Positions 17,916 through 28,950 are shown, counted from the stretch's first letter. The stretch: 64,000 nucleotides of DNA from Bacteroidales bacterium (GCA_965230395.1 CBDDKV010000002.1:6456926-6520925); one strand, 5' to 3'. A program made the numbers and translations. Notes: generated from the sequence alone by a model not told the origin.

Positions 17916-18602
17916 ATGAAATATATTAGCATTAAACACTGGTCGGCAGAGGATCAGCCCCGTGAAAAACTATTATTGCATGGTCCCCGGGTACTGTCAG
18001 ATGCAGAACTAATTGCAATACTTATAGGAAGCGGGACCAAGGAATTGTCAGCCGTTGAGCTGTCCCGAAAAATTTTAAACCTTAGCGAAAACAATCTCTC
18101 TGAACTTGGAAAACTTGATATTTCCGAGTTTATGACTTTGAAGGGAATCGGAGAAGCAAAAGCCATAACAATTTCAGCAGCACTCGAACTGGGCAGAAGA
18201 AGGGCCTCAACCGAACCGCTTTCAAAACCTAAAATAACATCAAGCCGAGAAGCATATATGGTATTTACCTCTCTATTAAGCGATTTACCATACGAGGAAT
18301 TTTGGGTTGCTTTTTTAAACCGGTCAAATACCTTAATTGAACGGTTCAGGATAAGCCAGGGGGGAATATCCGGAACGGTAACAGACGTAAAAATTATAAT
18401 GCGTAAAGGCCTTGAAGTCATGGCTTCTTCTATTATTCTTTGCCATAATCATCCTTCTGGAAACTTACAACCAAGCCCTCAGGACAAAAAGATTACACAA
18501 AAAATTAAAGATGCTGCCAAATTTTTTGAAGTCCAGGTCCTTGATCATATAATCGTTGCCAATAATAGTTACTACAGTTTTGCCGACGAATTTATTATTT
18601 GA
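17916..18602 (+). CDS. radC: RadC/UPF0758 JAB-domain protein
   Basis: PREKLL...LSDAELIAILIGSG, GIGEAKA, HNHPSG and VLDHII. Confidence 0.95.
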   Translation: MKYISIKHWSAEDQPREKLLLHGPRVLSDAELIAILIGSGTKELSAVELSRKILNLSENNLSELGKLDISEFMTLKGIGEAKAITISAALELGRRRASTEPLSKPKITSSREAYMVFTSLLSDLPYEEFWVAFLNRSNTLIERFRISQGGISGTVTDVKIIMRKGLEVMASSIILCHNHPSGNLQPSPQDKKITQKIKDAAKFFEVQVLDHIIVANNSYYSFADEFII

Positions 18603-18707
18603 ACTTCACCAAACAAAATAGCCCGTTTACATAGTTAAAATATACAGCCGGCTAACTACTTGCAGGGTTCTGCTAAAAATCTATCTTTACAGGCAAAATT
18701 GTCCAGT

Positions 18708-19472
18708 ATGCGCTTTATATTATTTCTATCTGTTATTTTTTTATTTATTTCCTGCGGTGGGGATAAAAAACCCAAAACAATAATTGCGGAAGAAACATTT
18801 GTCGAATTATTAGTTGAATTACATATGTATGATGCTGTGGGCACCGATCATACACTGAACGAGCTTACCGGTGACATTGACTCCCTTACTTTATATACCT
18901 CCCTACTACATAAGTATAATACCAGCAAAGAACAGTTTGATGCTTCTATAAAATGGTATTCGGAAAATCCGGAAGAATTGTCAAAATTATATGACAACGT
19001 TTTTGGTAAAATCACCCGTATTTCCCAGACCTGGGATGATGATCTGGAAATGATTAATGAAAGCGAAAATAAGCAACTATTTAAACTTTCTGGTTATATT
19101 GACACCCGTGGAGATACAGTAAGTTACCCTAAACCTTTCCTGGTTAAAATTGATACCGCCGGAATTATTCTAGTAGACTTAAGAATCAGAATGTTAAAAG
19201 ATGATGGCTCGAAAAACCCACAAATAGTAGCATACTTCCAGAAAGACACAACAAACATCAAGGATACCTTACTCGCTATTAAACAGCGAGTTGTAAAATC
19301 AAATTTCTCCCGCGACTACCAATACACAACTGAGTTAACCGACACCAGTTATAAATACTTAAAAATCATTATACCTAAAGTAGATAATGATACCAGCTCT
19401 TATTTTAAGAATCTTCAGCTTTCATCTATGGTAATCTCAAGAGCACAGAAAAAAGAAAACGATAACAAATAA
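18708..19472 (+). CDS. DUF4296-domain lipoprotein
   Basis: Start reassigned to ATG 18708. Lipobox FISC; LLVELHMYDA...KEQFDASIKWYSENPEELSKLYDNV. Confidence 0.8.
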   Translation: MRFILFLSVIFLFISCGGDKKPKTIIAEETFVELLVELHMYDAVGTDHTLNELTGDIDSLTLYTSLLHKYNTSKEQFDASIKWYSENPEELSKLYDNVFGKITRISQTWDDDLEMINESENKQLFKLSGYIDTRGDTVSYPKPFLVKIDTAGIILVDLRIRMLKDDGSKNPQIVAYFQKDTTNIKDTLLAIKQRVVKSNFSRDYQYTTELTDTSYKYLKIIIPKVDNDTSSYFKNLQLSSMVISRAQKKENDNK

Positions 19473-19489
19473 AAGCGGATTATTTGCCC

Positions 19490-20257
19490 ATGGCAACCTT
19501 TCTTTTTGATAAAATTATATTTGGTCCCATTTCAAGCAGAAGATTGGGACAATCATTGGGAATTAACCTCCTTCCTACAAACAAAAAAGTTTGCAATTTT
19601 GATTGCATTTATTGTGAATGTGGCCTTACAGAGGGAACAACGGGCAATTTACCATCACGATCGGAAGTAAAAAGCCAGCTTGAAAAAGTATTGACAGAGT
19701 TTAAAGAAAAGGGGGGAAACATTGACACTATTACTTTTGCCGGAAATGGAGAACCCACATTACACCGTGAGTTCGAAGAAATTATTTCCGATACCTTTAA
19801 CCTAAGAAATAAATACTTTCCTAAGGCAAAAATAGCATTGCTGACAAATTCCACTACTCTGGGAAGTCCCAAAGTACAACGCTCCATGAAAAAAATCGAC
19901 CAGAATATTTTTAAAGTCGATTCCGTTTTAGAGCCTACCGTCAAATTACTGAATAGCCCTATTGGAGAGTTTGATATAAAAAAAATAACAGCGTTGCTAA
20001 AAAAGATTCCATCCCCTATTATTCAAACCATGTTTATCAGGGGGGCTTTCAAGGGCATTCCTGTCGACAATACGACAGAAGAGGAGTTGGTTCCCTGGTT
20101 AAACGCACTTGAGGAAATTAAACCTCCGCTTGTTATGATTTATACAATTGCCCGCGACACCCCTTTTGAAACGCTTCAAAAAGTTCCCCTCCCCGATTTG
20201 GAGAAAATTGCATCACGTATAAGAAAATTGGGAATAGAAGTTCAAATCTCCGGATAG
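19490..20257 (+). CDS. Radical SAM protein (Fe-S oxidoreductase)
   Basis: FGPISSRRLGQSLGINL, CNFDCIYCECG (CxxxCxxC) and GNGEPTLH. Confidence 0.92.
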   Translation: MATFLFDKIIFGPISSRRLGQSLGINLLPTNKKVCNFDCIYCECGLTEGTTGNLPSRSEVKSQLEKVLTEFKEKGGNIDTITFAGNGEPTLHREFEEIISDTFNLRNKYFPKAKIALLTNSTTLGSPKVQRSMKKIDQNIFKVDSVLEPTVKLLNSPIGEFDIKKITALLKKIPSPIIQTMFIRGAFKGIPVDNTTEEELVPWLNALEEIKPPLVMIYTIARDTPFETLQKVPLPDLEKIASRIRKLGIEVQISG

Positions 20258-20258
20258 C

Positions 20259-21296
20259 ATGAAGGTTTTTGTAGCTGCCCTGGACTGGGGGCTCGGCCAT
20301 GCTACACGATCTGTATCAATTATTGAAGAGCAGATTAAAAAAAAGCACACAATAATTATAGGTGCAAGTAAAAATCAAATGCCTGTTTACAGGGAACATT
20401 TTCCGACTATTCCAATTATAGAAATGCCATCGGCACCACCAAGGTACTCCCCAACAAAAAATCAGTTCTGGGCCCTTCTATTTTTTATTCCCAAATTCTA
20501 TAAACTTATTCAATCAGAAAACCGGACATTAAAAGATATCATCAAAAAGCATAAAATAAATATGGTGATATCGGACAACTGCTATGGCCTTTACAACAAG
20601 AAGGTAAAAAACATCATTGTAACCCACCAGGTCAGTGTTATTCTTCCAAAACCGCTCAGGTTCTTAAACAGATTTGTAAACTTTAAGATAAGGAGTATGC
20701 TGAATAAATTCGATGAATGTTGGATTCCGGACTATCCCTCTCCCAATAACCTGGCAGGAAAACTCAGCATTCCATCACCAAGGCTGCAATGTAACATAAA
20801 ATTTATCGGAGCACAATCCAGATTAAAGTTAAGCAGGGTTAACCCTTTAAAAAACAAACCCGAACTTGTAGTTTTAATATCCGGTCCCGAAAAGCAACGT
20901 AGTGTTTTTGAAGATAAAATCCTTGGCTCTATAAGGCATCTTCCCTGTTCTGTTAGTTTCATCATCGTTCGCGGGCTACCAGCCTCTTCTGAAAATAATA
21001 TAAAAAACAGCAAAAACCACGTTAGTGCTGAAGAACTAAAGTCACTACTAATTCATGCAAAGTATATTATTGCCAGAGCCGGATATTCCACCATTATGGA
21101 TTTATCTCTACTTGGAAAAACTGCTATGCTTGTCCCAACACCAGGTCAACCAGAACAGGAATACCTTGCCGGCCTATTAATGAATAAAGGGCTATTCCTG
21201 TCTGTTTCTCAATATGACTTTGAGCTTGGAGATGCCATAGAAAAACTAAAGCATTTTACCCCTCAGAAATATCAATTCGCTCAAATAACCAATTGA
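20259..21296 (+). CDS. Glycosyltransferase (GT28 C-terminal/MurG-like fold)
   Basis: LDWGLGHATR, RAGYSTIMDL and VPTPGQPEQEYLA. Confidence 0.88.
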   Translation: MKVFVAALDWGLGHATRSVSIIEEQIKKKHTIIIGASKNQMPVYREHFPTIPIIEMPSAPPRYSPTKNQFWALLFFIPKFYKLIQSENRTLKDIIKKHKINMVISDNCYGLYNKKVKNIIVTHQVSVILPKPLRFLNRFVNFKIRSMLNKFDECWIPDYPSPNNLAGKLSIPSPRLQCNIKFIGAQSRLKLSRVNPLKNKPELVVLISGPEKQRSVFEDKILGSIRHLPCSVSFIIVRGLPASSENNIKNSKNHVSAEELKSLLIHAKYIIARAGYSTIMDLSLLGKTAMLVPTPGQPEQEYLAGLLMNKGLFLSVSQYDFELGDAIEKLKHFTPQKYQFAQITN

Positions 21297-22182
21297 ATGG
21301 TTTCCAACGGAAAAGTTTTTTTAAAATAATCAGGTATACGACTGAAACCAAAATAAACCCGGAAGTCATTAAAATCATATCCATATTGTTCGTATGAAAT
21401 AATGATGGGGTTTTTAAAACAGATCCTGAATATGACACAAAACTGATTAGATAAATATTGTTCATTGTATGCATCCCGAAAGCCATTTCCAAGCCACCGT
21501 CCATGGCTACCATTATACCCAACAAAACTCCAAAGCCTATATACTGTACCATTGCCGGGGCCAGTCCAAACTTTGCAACTTCAGGGTTTCTTATATGCAT
21601 TAATCCGAATAATATTCCCGAGAATAGTACAGAAATAATTCGGGAACCGGATAAAACACCAATCCCCTGTAAAATATTTCCCCTAAAATATAATTCTTCT
21701 GCAGATGCCTGAAACGGAACAAAAATAAAGCTAAACAAAATAAGTAAGAAAAACTCACTTCCCTTAAAACTAAAACTATAGTGTTCTGAATTGAATATAT
21801 AGCTGACCAGTTCAACTAAAGCAAGCAATAAAAACCAAATGGCCCCTGCTGTAAAAAAGTTTTTCCACCTGAATTTATGGTATGCTGTAAATATCTGTTT
21901 TAATGGTATTCCATGTACAAGGTGAATACTTATCACCAGAAAACAAAAAACAAACACCATTGGACCGAACATTAAAGCAAAATACAAATTATCCGACACC
22001 TCTAAACCACTGGCGCTCAAATAATATCCAACATTCCCGGCATCATTGTTCTCTGCGGCCTTCATTTTTGCCAATAACAATATCGGATATTCAGATATCG
22101 TTTTTGCAATTAATGTCAAAATAAATACGAGCAAGTACCTCCACCATTGGGTATGTCCTTTATGGGCAAGCTTTAAATACAT
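21256..22182 (-). CDS. CPBP/Abi (CAAX) family intramembrane metalloprotease
   Basis: Polytopic membrane protein with EELYFRG, FGLMH and HTMNN motifs. Confidence 0.92.
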   Translation of the reverse strand: MYLKLAHKGHTQWWRYLLVFILTLIAKTISEYPILLLAKMKAAENNDAGNVGYYLSASGLEVSDNLYFALMFGPMVFVFCFLVISIHLVHGIPLKQIFTAYHKFRWKNFFTAGAIWFLLLALVELVSYIFNSEHYSFSFKGSEFFLLILFSFIFVPFQASAEELYFRGNILQGIGVLSGSRIISVLFSGILFGLMHIRNPEVAKFGLAPAMVQYIGFGVLLGIMVAMDGGLEMAFGMHTMNNIYLISFVSYSGSVLKTPSLFHTNNMDMILMTSGFILVSVVYLIILKKLFRWKPFNWLFERIDISEG

Positions 22183-22184
22183 AA

Positions 22185-23363
22185 CTACTTCTTTAATGGG
22201 ATAAGTAAAACTATAGGTATAGTCAGAAATGCAACAAATGATGCGATTTTCAAAGTTTGCATGGGTTCAAGAAAATCAAGACCATAACCTGTTAACATGG
22301 TTGCTATTGAACCCATTAGAAAATTACTGGTCATATAAATACCATTTAAGAAGGTAACATGCTTTGATTTAATGGTATTCACAATACTTAGAAAAACCGG
22401 GGTTGGTGCCAACAGAAAAAAGCCAATTACAGACAAAAACAGAAAAGGGTATTGCCCGTTGGAATAAATAAAAAGCAATGTTAACAAGGGGGTAAGAATA
22501 CATGAAGTAATAAGGACGGTCCTTCTTCCAAGAAAATCCGAAGCAATACCAGAAAGCACGGAACCAGCGGTTCCAGACAGATAAACCACAGATAAGCCTA
22601 TACCGGCTTTCCATGCTGACCATCCCTGCTCTTCAAGGAACCCGACCAGATAGTACGAGAAAAAACTCTTTACCCCACCTCTTAGCAAAGTAACACAAGC
22701 TATTAAAAAAAGCAGCAACAAATACCGCTTAAAAACCTCTACATAAGATCCTTCTGAAGTTTTATCCTTATGGAATTCTTTCCTTAAATCAACTTTTCTG
22801 AACCGGTAAAAAAGAATAGCTGAAGACAGAATACCTGCCGGGATCAGCCTGAACATTCCATCAAATCCCCACAGACCAAATGCGGATATTGCGGCAATTG
22901 GGCCAACTGTCCTGGCAAATTCCCCTCCAAACATATAAAACCCCATTCCCACGCCGGGCCTGTTACCAGACACATGCTTCATCATCACTGGAGTAGGTAC
23001 ATGAAAAACCGCTGAGCTAACCCCGGAAATAAAAACAAGAACAGCCAGCATTGTAAAATTCCCCACATTCCCGATCAGGCTCATACTAATAGCCGTTATT
23101 GTTGGGGCAATAATCATCAGATACCTGATACGGACTTTCTCCGCCAAAATTCCAATAAAAGGGTTCAGTAAAGTTGGGATTCTCTGAAATACAGAAAGTA
23201 GGCCAAATAAGCGATTATTTAAACCAAACGCCCCAATTATCGCTGGTTGTAATGCCGGAAGAAAAGAGGTAAATATATCATGAATATGATGAGCAACAGT
23301 AATTGCAAGCACATTAATGACATTAAACCCTCTTATTTTTTCCTTTTTTCTAACTTTCTGCAT
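22185..23363 (-). CDS. MFS transporter (Fsr/fosmidomycin-resistance-like)
   Basis: About 12 TM helices; AHHIHD, GVSSAVFHV and ASDFLGRR. Confidence 0.85.
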   Translation of the reverse strand: MQKVRKKEKIRGFNVINVLAITVAHHIHDIFTSFLPALQPAIIGAFGLNNRLFGLLSVFQRIPTLLNPFIGILAEKVRIRYLMIIAPTITAISMSLIGNVGNFTMLAVLVFISGVSSAVFHVPTPVMMKHVSGNRPGVGMGFYMFGGEFARTVGPIAAISAFGLWGFDGMFRLIPAGILSSAILFYRFRKVDLRKEFHKDKTSEGSYVEVFKRYLLLLFLIACVTLLRGGVKSFFSYYLVGFLEEQGWSAWKAGIGLSVVYLSGTAGSVLSGIASDFLGRRTVLITSCILTPLLTLLFIYSNGQYPFLFLSVIGFFLLAPTPVFLSIVNTIKSKHVTFLNGIYMTSNFLMGSIATMLTGYGLDFLEPMQTLKIASFVAFLTIPIVLLIPLKK

Positions 23364-23371
23364 CCGATAAA

Positions 23372-24178
23372 TTAATCTGAAATAAGCCCTTTCACAATAG
23401 CAGCCATCTTTGGCTCAGCCCTGGCTGCTGCCTGCTGAACAAATTCATGCGTCATATACTCAATTTTTCCGGGTACCCCCAGGTCCGTAACAACTGAAAT
23501 TGCGAAACATTTCATTCCACTTTGACGGGCAACAATTACTTCCGGAACGGTGGACATGCCAACTACATCACCACCAATTATCCTGAAAAATTTATATTCA
23601 GCAGGAGTTTCATAAGTTGGTCCGGTTACTGCGACATAAACCCCCTTATGTACTTTTATGGCATTATCAGAGGCTATTTTCTCTGCTCTTTTAATCAGGT
23701 TTTCATCATAAGCCTCGCTCATATCCGGAAACCTGGCCCCAAATTCTGGTTTATGAGGCCCTATCAATGGATTAGGCATCAGATTAATATGATCATTTAT
23801 TATCATCAGATCTCCAATTTCATAATTCTCATTCATACCGCCACTTGCATTCGAAAGAATTAACGTTTCAATTCCAAGCTCATTAAAAACTCTTATTGGG
23901 TAGGTCAGGGTTTCCATACTTTGCCCTTCGTAAAAATGAATTCTCCCCTGCATAATCAGAATATCCGTATTATTATGCCTTGCATGTACAAGTTGGCCGG
24001 AATGACCATCAACCGTTGTGTTAGGAAAATCCGGAATTGTCTCATAAGGAATTTCCTTTACCACTTCAATGTCATTAATAAATCCACCCAGTCCCGAACC
24101 TAATATTACAGCATATTTGGGACTGACCTGTACCTGACTACGAATGTAATCAGATGACCTTTTAATCTTTTCTAACAT
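23372..24178 (-). CDS. punA: Purine-nucleoside phosphorylase (trimeric type)
   Basis: ILGSGLG, QGRIHFYEG, GPTYETPAE and VGMSTVPE. Confidence 0.93.
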   Translation of the reverse strand: MLEKIKRSSDYIRSQVQVSPKYAVILGSGLGGFINDIEVVKEIPYETIPDFPNTTVDGHSGQLVHARHNNTDILIMQGRIHFYEGQSMETLTYPIRVFNELGIETLILSNASGGMNENYEIGDLMIINDHINLMPNPLIGPHKPEFGARFPDMSEAYDENLIKRAEKIASDNAIKVHKGVYVAVTGPTYETPAEYKFFRIIGGDVVGMSTVPEVIVARQSGMKCFAISVVTDLGVPGKIEYMTHEFVQQAAARAEPKMAAIVKGLISD

Positions 24179-25229
24179 AGTCTATTATTTTGCTTTCGAA
24201 TTCTTTTTGTCTTTCCTCCAGAACCTGAACCTGAACAGGAATATAATAAGTCTTCTCTTTCAGGTTCCTTGGATAATTTTTCAGGTGCTTCAAACGTACT
24301 GCATCTTTTTCAGTTGTTAATATAATTTTTCTCCGCTTTTTTATTGCATCGAACTTTGCTTTTATGGTTACCAGGTCTGAATTATTAAAATTGTGATGAT
24401 CAGGAAACCGGATTATCTCAAGGAAAAGCCCACAACTTTCAAGATAATCGATAAAAGGCGCTGGTTCAGCTATCCCGGTTACTAAAAGGACCTTCACATT
24501 ATTATCTGCAAGCTCAATTAATGAAGATAACCGTCCACTTTTTGAAAATAATGGTTGTGGTGAAGCATATTGAAAAGTTGAAAAATAAAGCAACTGTTTC
24601 TTTGTAAGTTTAAGTTTTTGGTTCCATTCCCTTTTTTCTTCAATGGTAATATTACCATTGGGGACCTTAGTTACAATAACTATATCTGCTCTTTTTATTC
24701 CTTTTCTCCCTTCCCGCAAATTACCCGCCGGCAACATTAAGTCATTGAATATAGGCCGGTTATAATCAACTAATAAAATTGACATACCCGGCTTAACATG
24801 TCTGTGCTGATAGGCATCGTCAAGTAAAATCACGTCGATATTCTTTTTCAGGCCGAGTATTTTTTCAATGCCCTGAACTCTTTTTTCACAAACGGTGACC
24901 ATCGTTGACGGATTCTTCCTGAATATCTGGTAAGGCTCATCTCCAACAGATTCAGGTGTTGCACGCTTATCGGCAAGTACAAACCCTTTAGTCTTTCTTT
25001 TATACCCACGGCTTAATACAGCTATTTCCTCTGTATGCTTTAAAGTTTCTATTAAGAATTCAATATGAGGCGTTTTTCCTGTTCCCCCTACAGTTATATT
25101 ACCGACTGAAATAACAGGTATTTCAAATTGCTTTTCCTTTTTTATACCTAAATCAAAAAGCTTATTCCTGACTAAGGTTATAAAACCGTACAATAATGAA
25201 AAAGGCAACAATAACAATCTAAAATTCAT
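24162..25229 (-). CDS. lpxK: Tetraacyldisaccharide 4'-kinase
   Basis: SVGNITVGGTGKTP, LSRGY, GDEP, LDDAYQH, FPDHH and TTEKDAVR. Confidence 0.96.
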   Translation of the reverse strand: MNFRLLLLPFSLLYGFITLVRNKLFDLGIKKEKQFEIPVISVGNITVGGTGKTPHIEFLIETLKHTEEIAVLSRGYKRKTKGFVLADKRATPESVGDEPYQIFRKNPSTMVTVCEKRVQGIEKILGLKKNIDVILLDDAYQHRHVKPGMSILLVDYNRPIFNDLMLPAGNLREGRKGIKRADIVIVTKVPNGNITIEEKREWNQKLKLTKKQLLYFSTFQYASPQPLFSKSGRLSSLIELADNNVKVLLVTGIAEPAPFIDYLESCGLFLEIIRFPDHHNFNNSDLVTIKAKFDAIKKRRKIILTTEKDAVRLKHLKNYPRNLKEKTYYIPVQVQVLEERQKEFESKIIDYVRKD

Positions 25230-25863
25230 ACTTAAACCCATTAATCCACCAATCCCTAGAAACCCTAAAATGAACCCCTAAAAAACACATTTTACATTCG
25301 TCTCAGCAAATCAAGTCCCGCAATTGACTAATATTGAAATTAAGAAAATCCGAAACAATATTTTCCGCTTCAAATCCGGCAAAGAAAATCAATTAATTAA
25401 AGATTCGTAAAAATCATCTTTCTATTTTCTTAACAAAAGTATTTAACCCGACCTCAATTATCAGAATTCGTTCCTTAATCATTAAAATATTGCAATTAAA
25501 TGATTTAAGGAATTAACTAAACCTTAAGTTCTCCTAATTTTTATGCTGGCTTATTTTTTCATAAAAATTTGACGCCCGAAATTAATCATTATTCGATTAA
25601 AGCACTACTTTGAAATAATATTTGTACGATTACGGACAACTACTAGCCATATTCGTTCAATTCTTTCATTTCCAGTTATGAGTTATTCAAAATCATCTAC
25701 CTGGTTTATTGAACATTAACTCTTTATGGCACATTTATGGTTATACCATTATTATAAGGGAGTAAGAATAAATCGTTTATATTGTCACGCTATAAATCCG
25801 GGAAAGGCTGTCTGAGGGATTCAGGTAGCTTTTCCTTTTTTATGTTTCAATCAGATTTTATGT

Positions 25864-27153
25864 TTAGGCAACTGCCATTGCTCTTTCTATCAACTCAACA
25901 AGTTTCTCTTTCAGTACTTCGTAAGAAAAATACTTTTTCCCCAAAGCGAAATTATACGCAGCAATTTCCTCATTGAGCTTTCGGTTATGAATAACCTCTT
26001 CCATTTCCCTAACTGCATTATCCGTTAAATTTCCATCTTCTATCATAACCGCTTTAAAGCCTTTTGAACCAATATCAGGCCAATATACGGGTTTGTAATT
26101 GTTCACAAATATTGGCCTTTTTGCCAAAACCGATTCTACAAAAGCATTTCCGAACCCTTCATAAGTACTGAAATAGGTACACACCCTTGCTTGCGCATAA
26201 GCATCTGATAATGAAAAAACCTGACTGTTCCCGGAATGTAAGTACCCCTTGTTGCTAAACAAATGATAAGAAAACGTAACCTGTTCTCTAAGTTTCAATC
26301 TGTGTATTCTATCAACTAAACTGTAATAATACTTACTCCCGGTATCATCATTATAATTTCCCGTAATTACCAGTTTTATTTTAGGGTTTTCTAATTTTCT
26401 AATCAATTCAATGGCTGTTTCTATTCCTTTCCGCTTTACGATTCTGGTAATCTGAAAAAGGAGTATATCATCCTCTTCAAAACCAAGGTTTCTGTAAAGT
26501 TGTTTATTTGTTTCGGTAACCTCTCCAAACGGTTCGTTAAAATCCATAACGTTAGGAACATTAACAGCCTCTCTGTTGTACTTTTCTTTTAGCAAATCTT
26601 TTCCATAAGTATTTATTACCGCATGAACCGAGTTCGGTGCCCTCAGAGGGAAAGTATCTGCAACAAAGTCATTTATTGTTTTATGTGGAGAAATATACCT
26701 GTCCCCCCTTTCCCATGCAAAATCGTGATCATGTGTAATCGTGGGCAAACCTGTATTAAATACAAGCTTTTTTATTGCCAGCCCCATTTCCAGATGTGAT
26801 GGAAGACAGCTTGCATTCTCTGACAGGATTAATTCTATTTTCTTCTCATTTACCCATTCAAGCAATTTCTTATAAATGACCTTAGAATACAAATCAATAT
26901 GCTCAAGTAATTCCTCTTCATTGGCTTCCGGATGAAAATAAGCCTTTTTTTGGCCCCAATAACTTTCCGGTGAAAAAAATGACATTTCAGGAACCAGAGT
27001 TTCATATTCCGGATCTATCATCCTCTCTTCAAACTGCCCCGCTATAATATATACCTGATGACCAAGCCTTTTAAAAACATCAATCCATTTTTCCGTTTCA
27101 AGGGCAACTCCGTCAACGCCACCAATACGTCCTATAATAACACCTATCCTCAT
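25864..27153 (-). CDS. GT4 glycosyltransferase, mannosylglucosylglycerate synthase (MggS)-like
   Basis: GGVDGVALETEKW, HDHDFAWER, TRIVKRKGIE and STYEGFGNAFVE. Confidence 0.75.
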   Translation of the reverse strand: MRIGVIIGRIGGVDGVALETEKWIDVFKRLGHQVYIIAGQFEERMIDPEYETLVPEMSFFSPESYWGQKKAYFHPEANEEELLEHIDLYSKVIYKKLLEWVNEKKIELILSENASCLPSHLEMGLAIKKLVFNTGLPTITHDHDFAWERGDRYISPHKTINDFVADTFPLRAPNSVHAVINTYGKDLLKEKYNREAVNVPNVMDFNEPFGEVTETNKQLYRNLGFEEDDILLFQITRIVKRKGIETAIELIRKLENPKIKLVITGNYNDDTGSKYYYSLVDRIHRLKLREQVTFSYHLFSNKGYLHSGNSQVFSLSDAYAQARVCTYFSTYEGFGNAFVESVLAKRPIFVNNYKPVYWPDIGSKGFKAVMIEDGNLTDNAVREMEEVIHNRKLNEEIAAYNFALGKKYFSYEVLKEKLVELIERAMAVA

Positions 27154-27267
27154 TTTTCCCTTGTAATTAAGGTTATCCCGGAATTTATCATAAGCGATTG
27201 TTTCATAAGCTTTTCTTTTGACGAAGAAGATATTCTAATAAAGTTAAGAAATCTACGTATTGGAAAC

Positions 27268-27301
27268 AAAAAAGGCCATAATAAAGAATATTATGGCCTT
27301 T
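27268..27301 (-). terminator. Intrinsic terminator downstream of 27322-28233
   Basis: AAAGGCCATAATA...TATTATGGCCTTT with an A-tract on the left. Confidence 0.7.
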
Positions 27302-27321
27302 CCCTTGTGTTATGCTGATTT

Positions 27322-28233
27322 TTATTTCAGTTCTAAAGTAGTTGTCCCAATTTCATGCCCTTCAGCGAAAAGGCTAACAAAATATGTTCCCGGAATTAAC
27401 TCCTCATTCTTATCCCAGTAAATACACATATCTATATCCTGATTGTCGTACTCCAACTCCCGCTTCTCGGTATACACCATCTGCTCTCCCTGAAATTCAA
27501 ACACACCTGCTTCTGGTGATGAAAGTACAATTTCGTCAGGCCTGGTCAATTTAATATAAATCATTTTATTTCCTGGTTCGGCAACATTGTTTTCCCTCAC
27601 AGTAAAGCAAACACGGACTTTTGAAATCTTGGCTATCCGATCTTTCTCCTTCGATCTTTCATTTAGCCCTACAGCTATAATATTTTTTGCAGATAATTTT
27701 TGAGCTAAAGCAACTTTGGATGTAAGTTCTTCTTTTGTTTCATGGAGCTCATCATAATCGGTTTGCACCTGAACTAACTCTTTATGCACTTCAATATTTT
27801 CCTGCGTAAGTTCCCGGTTTCGGGTATTCAACGAGTCTATCTGAACTATATAACTCCTCATCACCTTACGTAAGGTTGATAATTCCTTCTGATACATTTT
27901 TAGTTTCTGCGTATTAGAGGCCCTTATACGCAGTAATCTTCGAATTTTTTCCTGCTCTGATACCAGTTTAGTATTTATGCTGTCGTTTTCTGTCTTCAGA
28001 GAATCATAATTAATTATCAATTCGTTTAACTCCACTTCCAATTGTTGCTTTTGCTCCTGCACAAACTCAACATCTTCAACGGTTTCAGCATGTTCTTTAC
28101 TTTTCTGGACATACAATATACCCAAAACTACAGCAAGTACCCCTAGGGTAACAACAATAGCTACCAGGTACAAAGGGACTTTAGGCTTATTATTATAGTG
28201 CATTCCTGTATCCTGTTCTGTTTTTCTTTCCAT
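27322..28233 (-). CDS. Membrane-anchored coiled-coil protein with C-terminal beta-rich domain
   Basis: Single N-terminal TM, a long heptad region, then KVRVCFTVREN...PGTYFVSLF. Confidence 0.75.
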   Translation of the reverse strand: MERKTEQDTGMHYNNKPKVPLYLVAIVVTLGVLAVVLGILYVQKSKEHAETVEDVEFVQEQKQQLEVELNELIINYDSLKTENDSINTKLVSEQEKIRRLLRIRASNTQKLKMYQKELSTLRKVMRSYIVQIDSLNTRNRELTQENIEVHKELVQVQTDYDELHETKEELTSKVALAQKLSAKNIIAVGLNERSKEKDRIAKISKVRVCFTVRENNVAEPGNKMIYIKLTRPDEIVLSSPEAGVFEFQGEQMVYTEKRELEYDNQDIDMCIYWDKNEELIPGTYFVSLFAEGHEIGTTTLELK

Positions 28234-28377
28234 TTAATTTGCAGTTTTCAATATTAACTAAACAAAGTAAACAATTATTGTAATTTAGTTTTACAAATGT
28301 AAAAAACCGATAAAAATAAATCCTTATCGGATAAGATAATTATAAAAAAATAAACATAATATAACTTTTAAACTGTC

Positions 28378-28950
28378 TTAAAAAACAGTTGAAGCTTTGT
28401 AGACCTTCGATACCTTAACAGGCACCAACCTTCCTGAATATTTTAATTGGCCTCTTGTGTAACCACTAACAGTTGCGTCGGCATAACCTGTTTCGGAAAC
28501 CGAAAAAGCAATATCATATGTTCCCAAACCCGTCATTATAGTAATCTGTAAAGTATACAATTTTCTGCTTTTCCGACTCACTTCTTTCAATTCGTATTTG
28601 CTTATCCTTCCATCTGCTGTTACCCCTCCTACTCCGTTATACCCTATCCCATGAGGGGAACCATACTGTATTACCCCCTCTAATGAGTCAATGGCTACAA
28701 AATTAATGTTCGAGTTTACCGGAATTCTCTGTCCTCTTCCGTCCCCAATATAATCGGCCTCAAGAACAAACCGGTGACTATGCAGCATTAATGCGGTCAA
28801 TTCCTTCATCATTTCTTCCTCTTCAAGTCTTTTTGCCTTCTTATCTTCTTTGGCCATTCTTTTCAATTCTTTCTTTGAAATTGTTTCATATTCCTGTGAA
28901 TACAATGTTATGCCGATAAAAAGCATAAAAAATAATATATAATTCTGCAT
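28378..28950 (-). CDS. DUF4251 family secreted protein
   Basis: Signal peptide; FVLEADY, NINFVAI and GYNGVGGVT. Confidence 0.8.
   Translation of the reverse strand: MQNYILFFMLFIGITLYSQEYETISKKELKRMAKEDKKAKRLEEEEMMKELTALMLHSHRFVLEADYIGDGRGQRIPVNSNINFVAIDSLEGVIQYGSPHGIGYNGVGGVTADGRISKYELKEVSRKSRKLYTLQITIMTGLGTYDIAFSVSETGYADATVSGYTRGQLKYSGRLVPVKVSKVYKASTVF

Noticed and set aside
17916..18602. radC as a marker of a mobile or anti-restriction element
   Set aside because: It is the full-length chromosomal type (HhH + JAB) in a core-gene neighbourhood.
21256..22182. Abi-domain protein as a phage abortive-infection system
   Set aside because: The CPBP/'Abi' protease family name does not imply defence, and the context is a housekeeping lpxK-punA-MFS operon.
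25230..25860. Long AT-rich intergenic region as oriC or a structured RNA
   Set aside because: I saw no cluster of DnaA boxes and no recognisable riboswitch fold.
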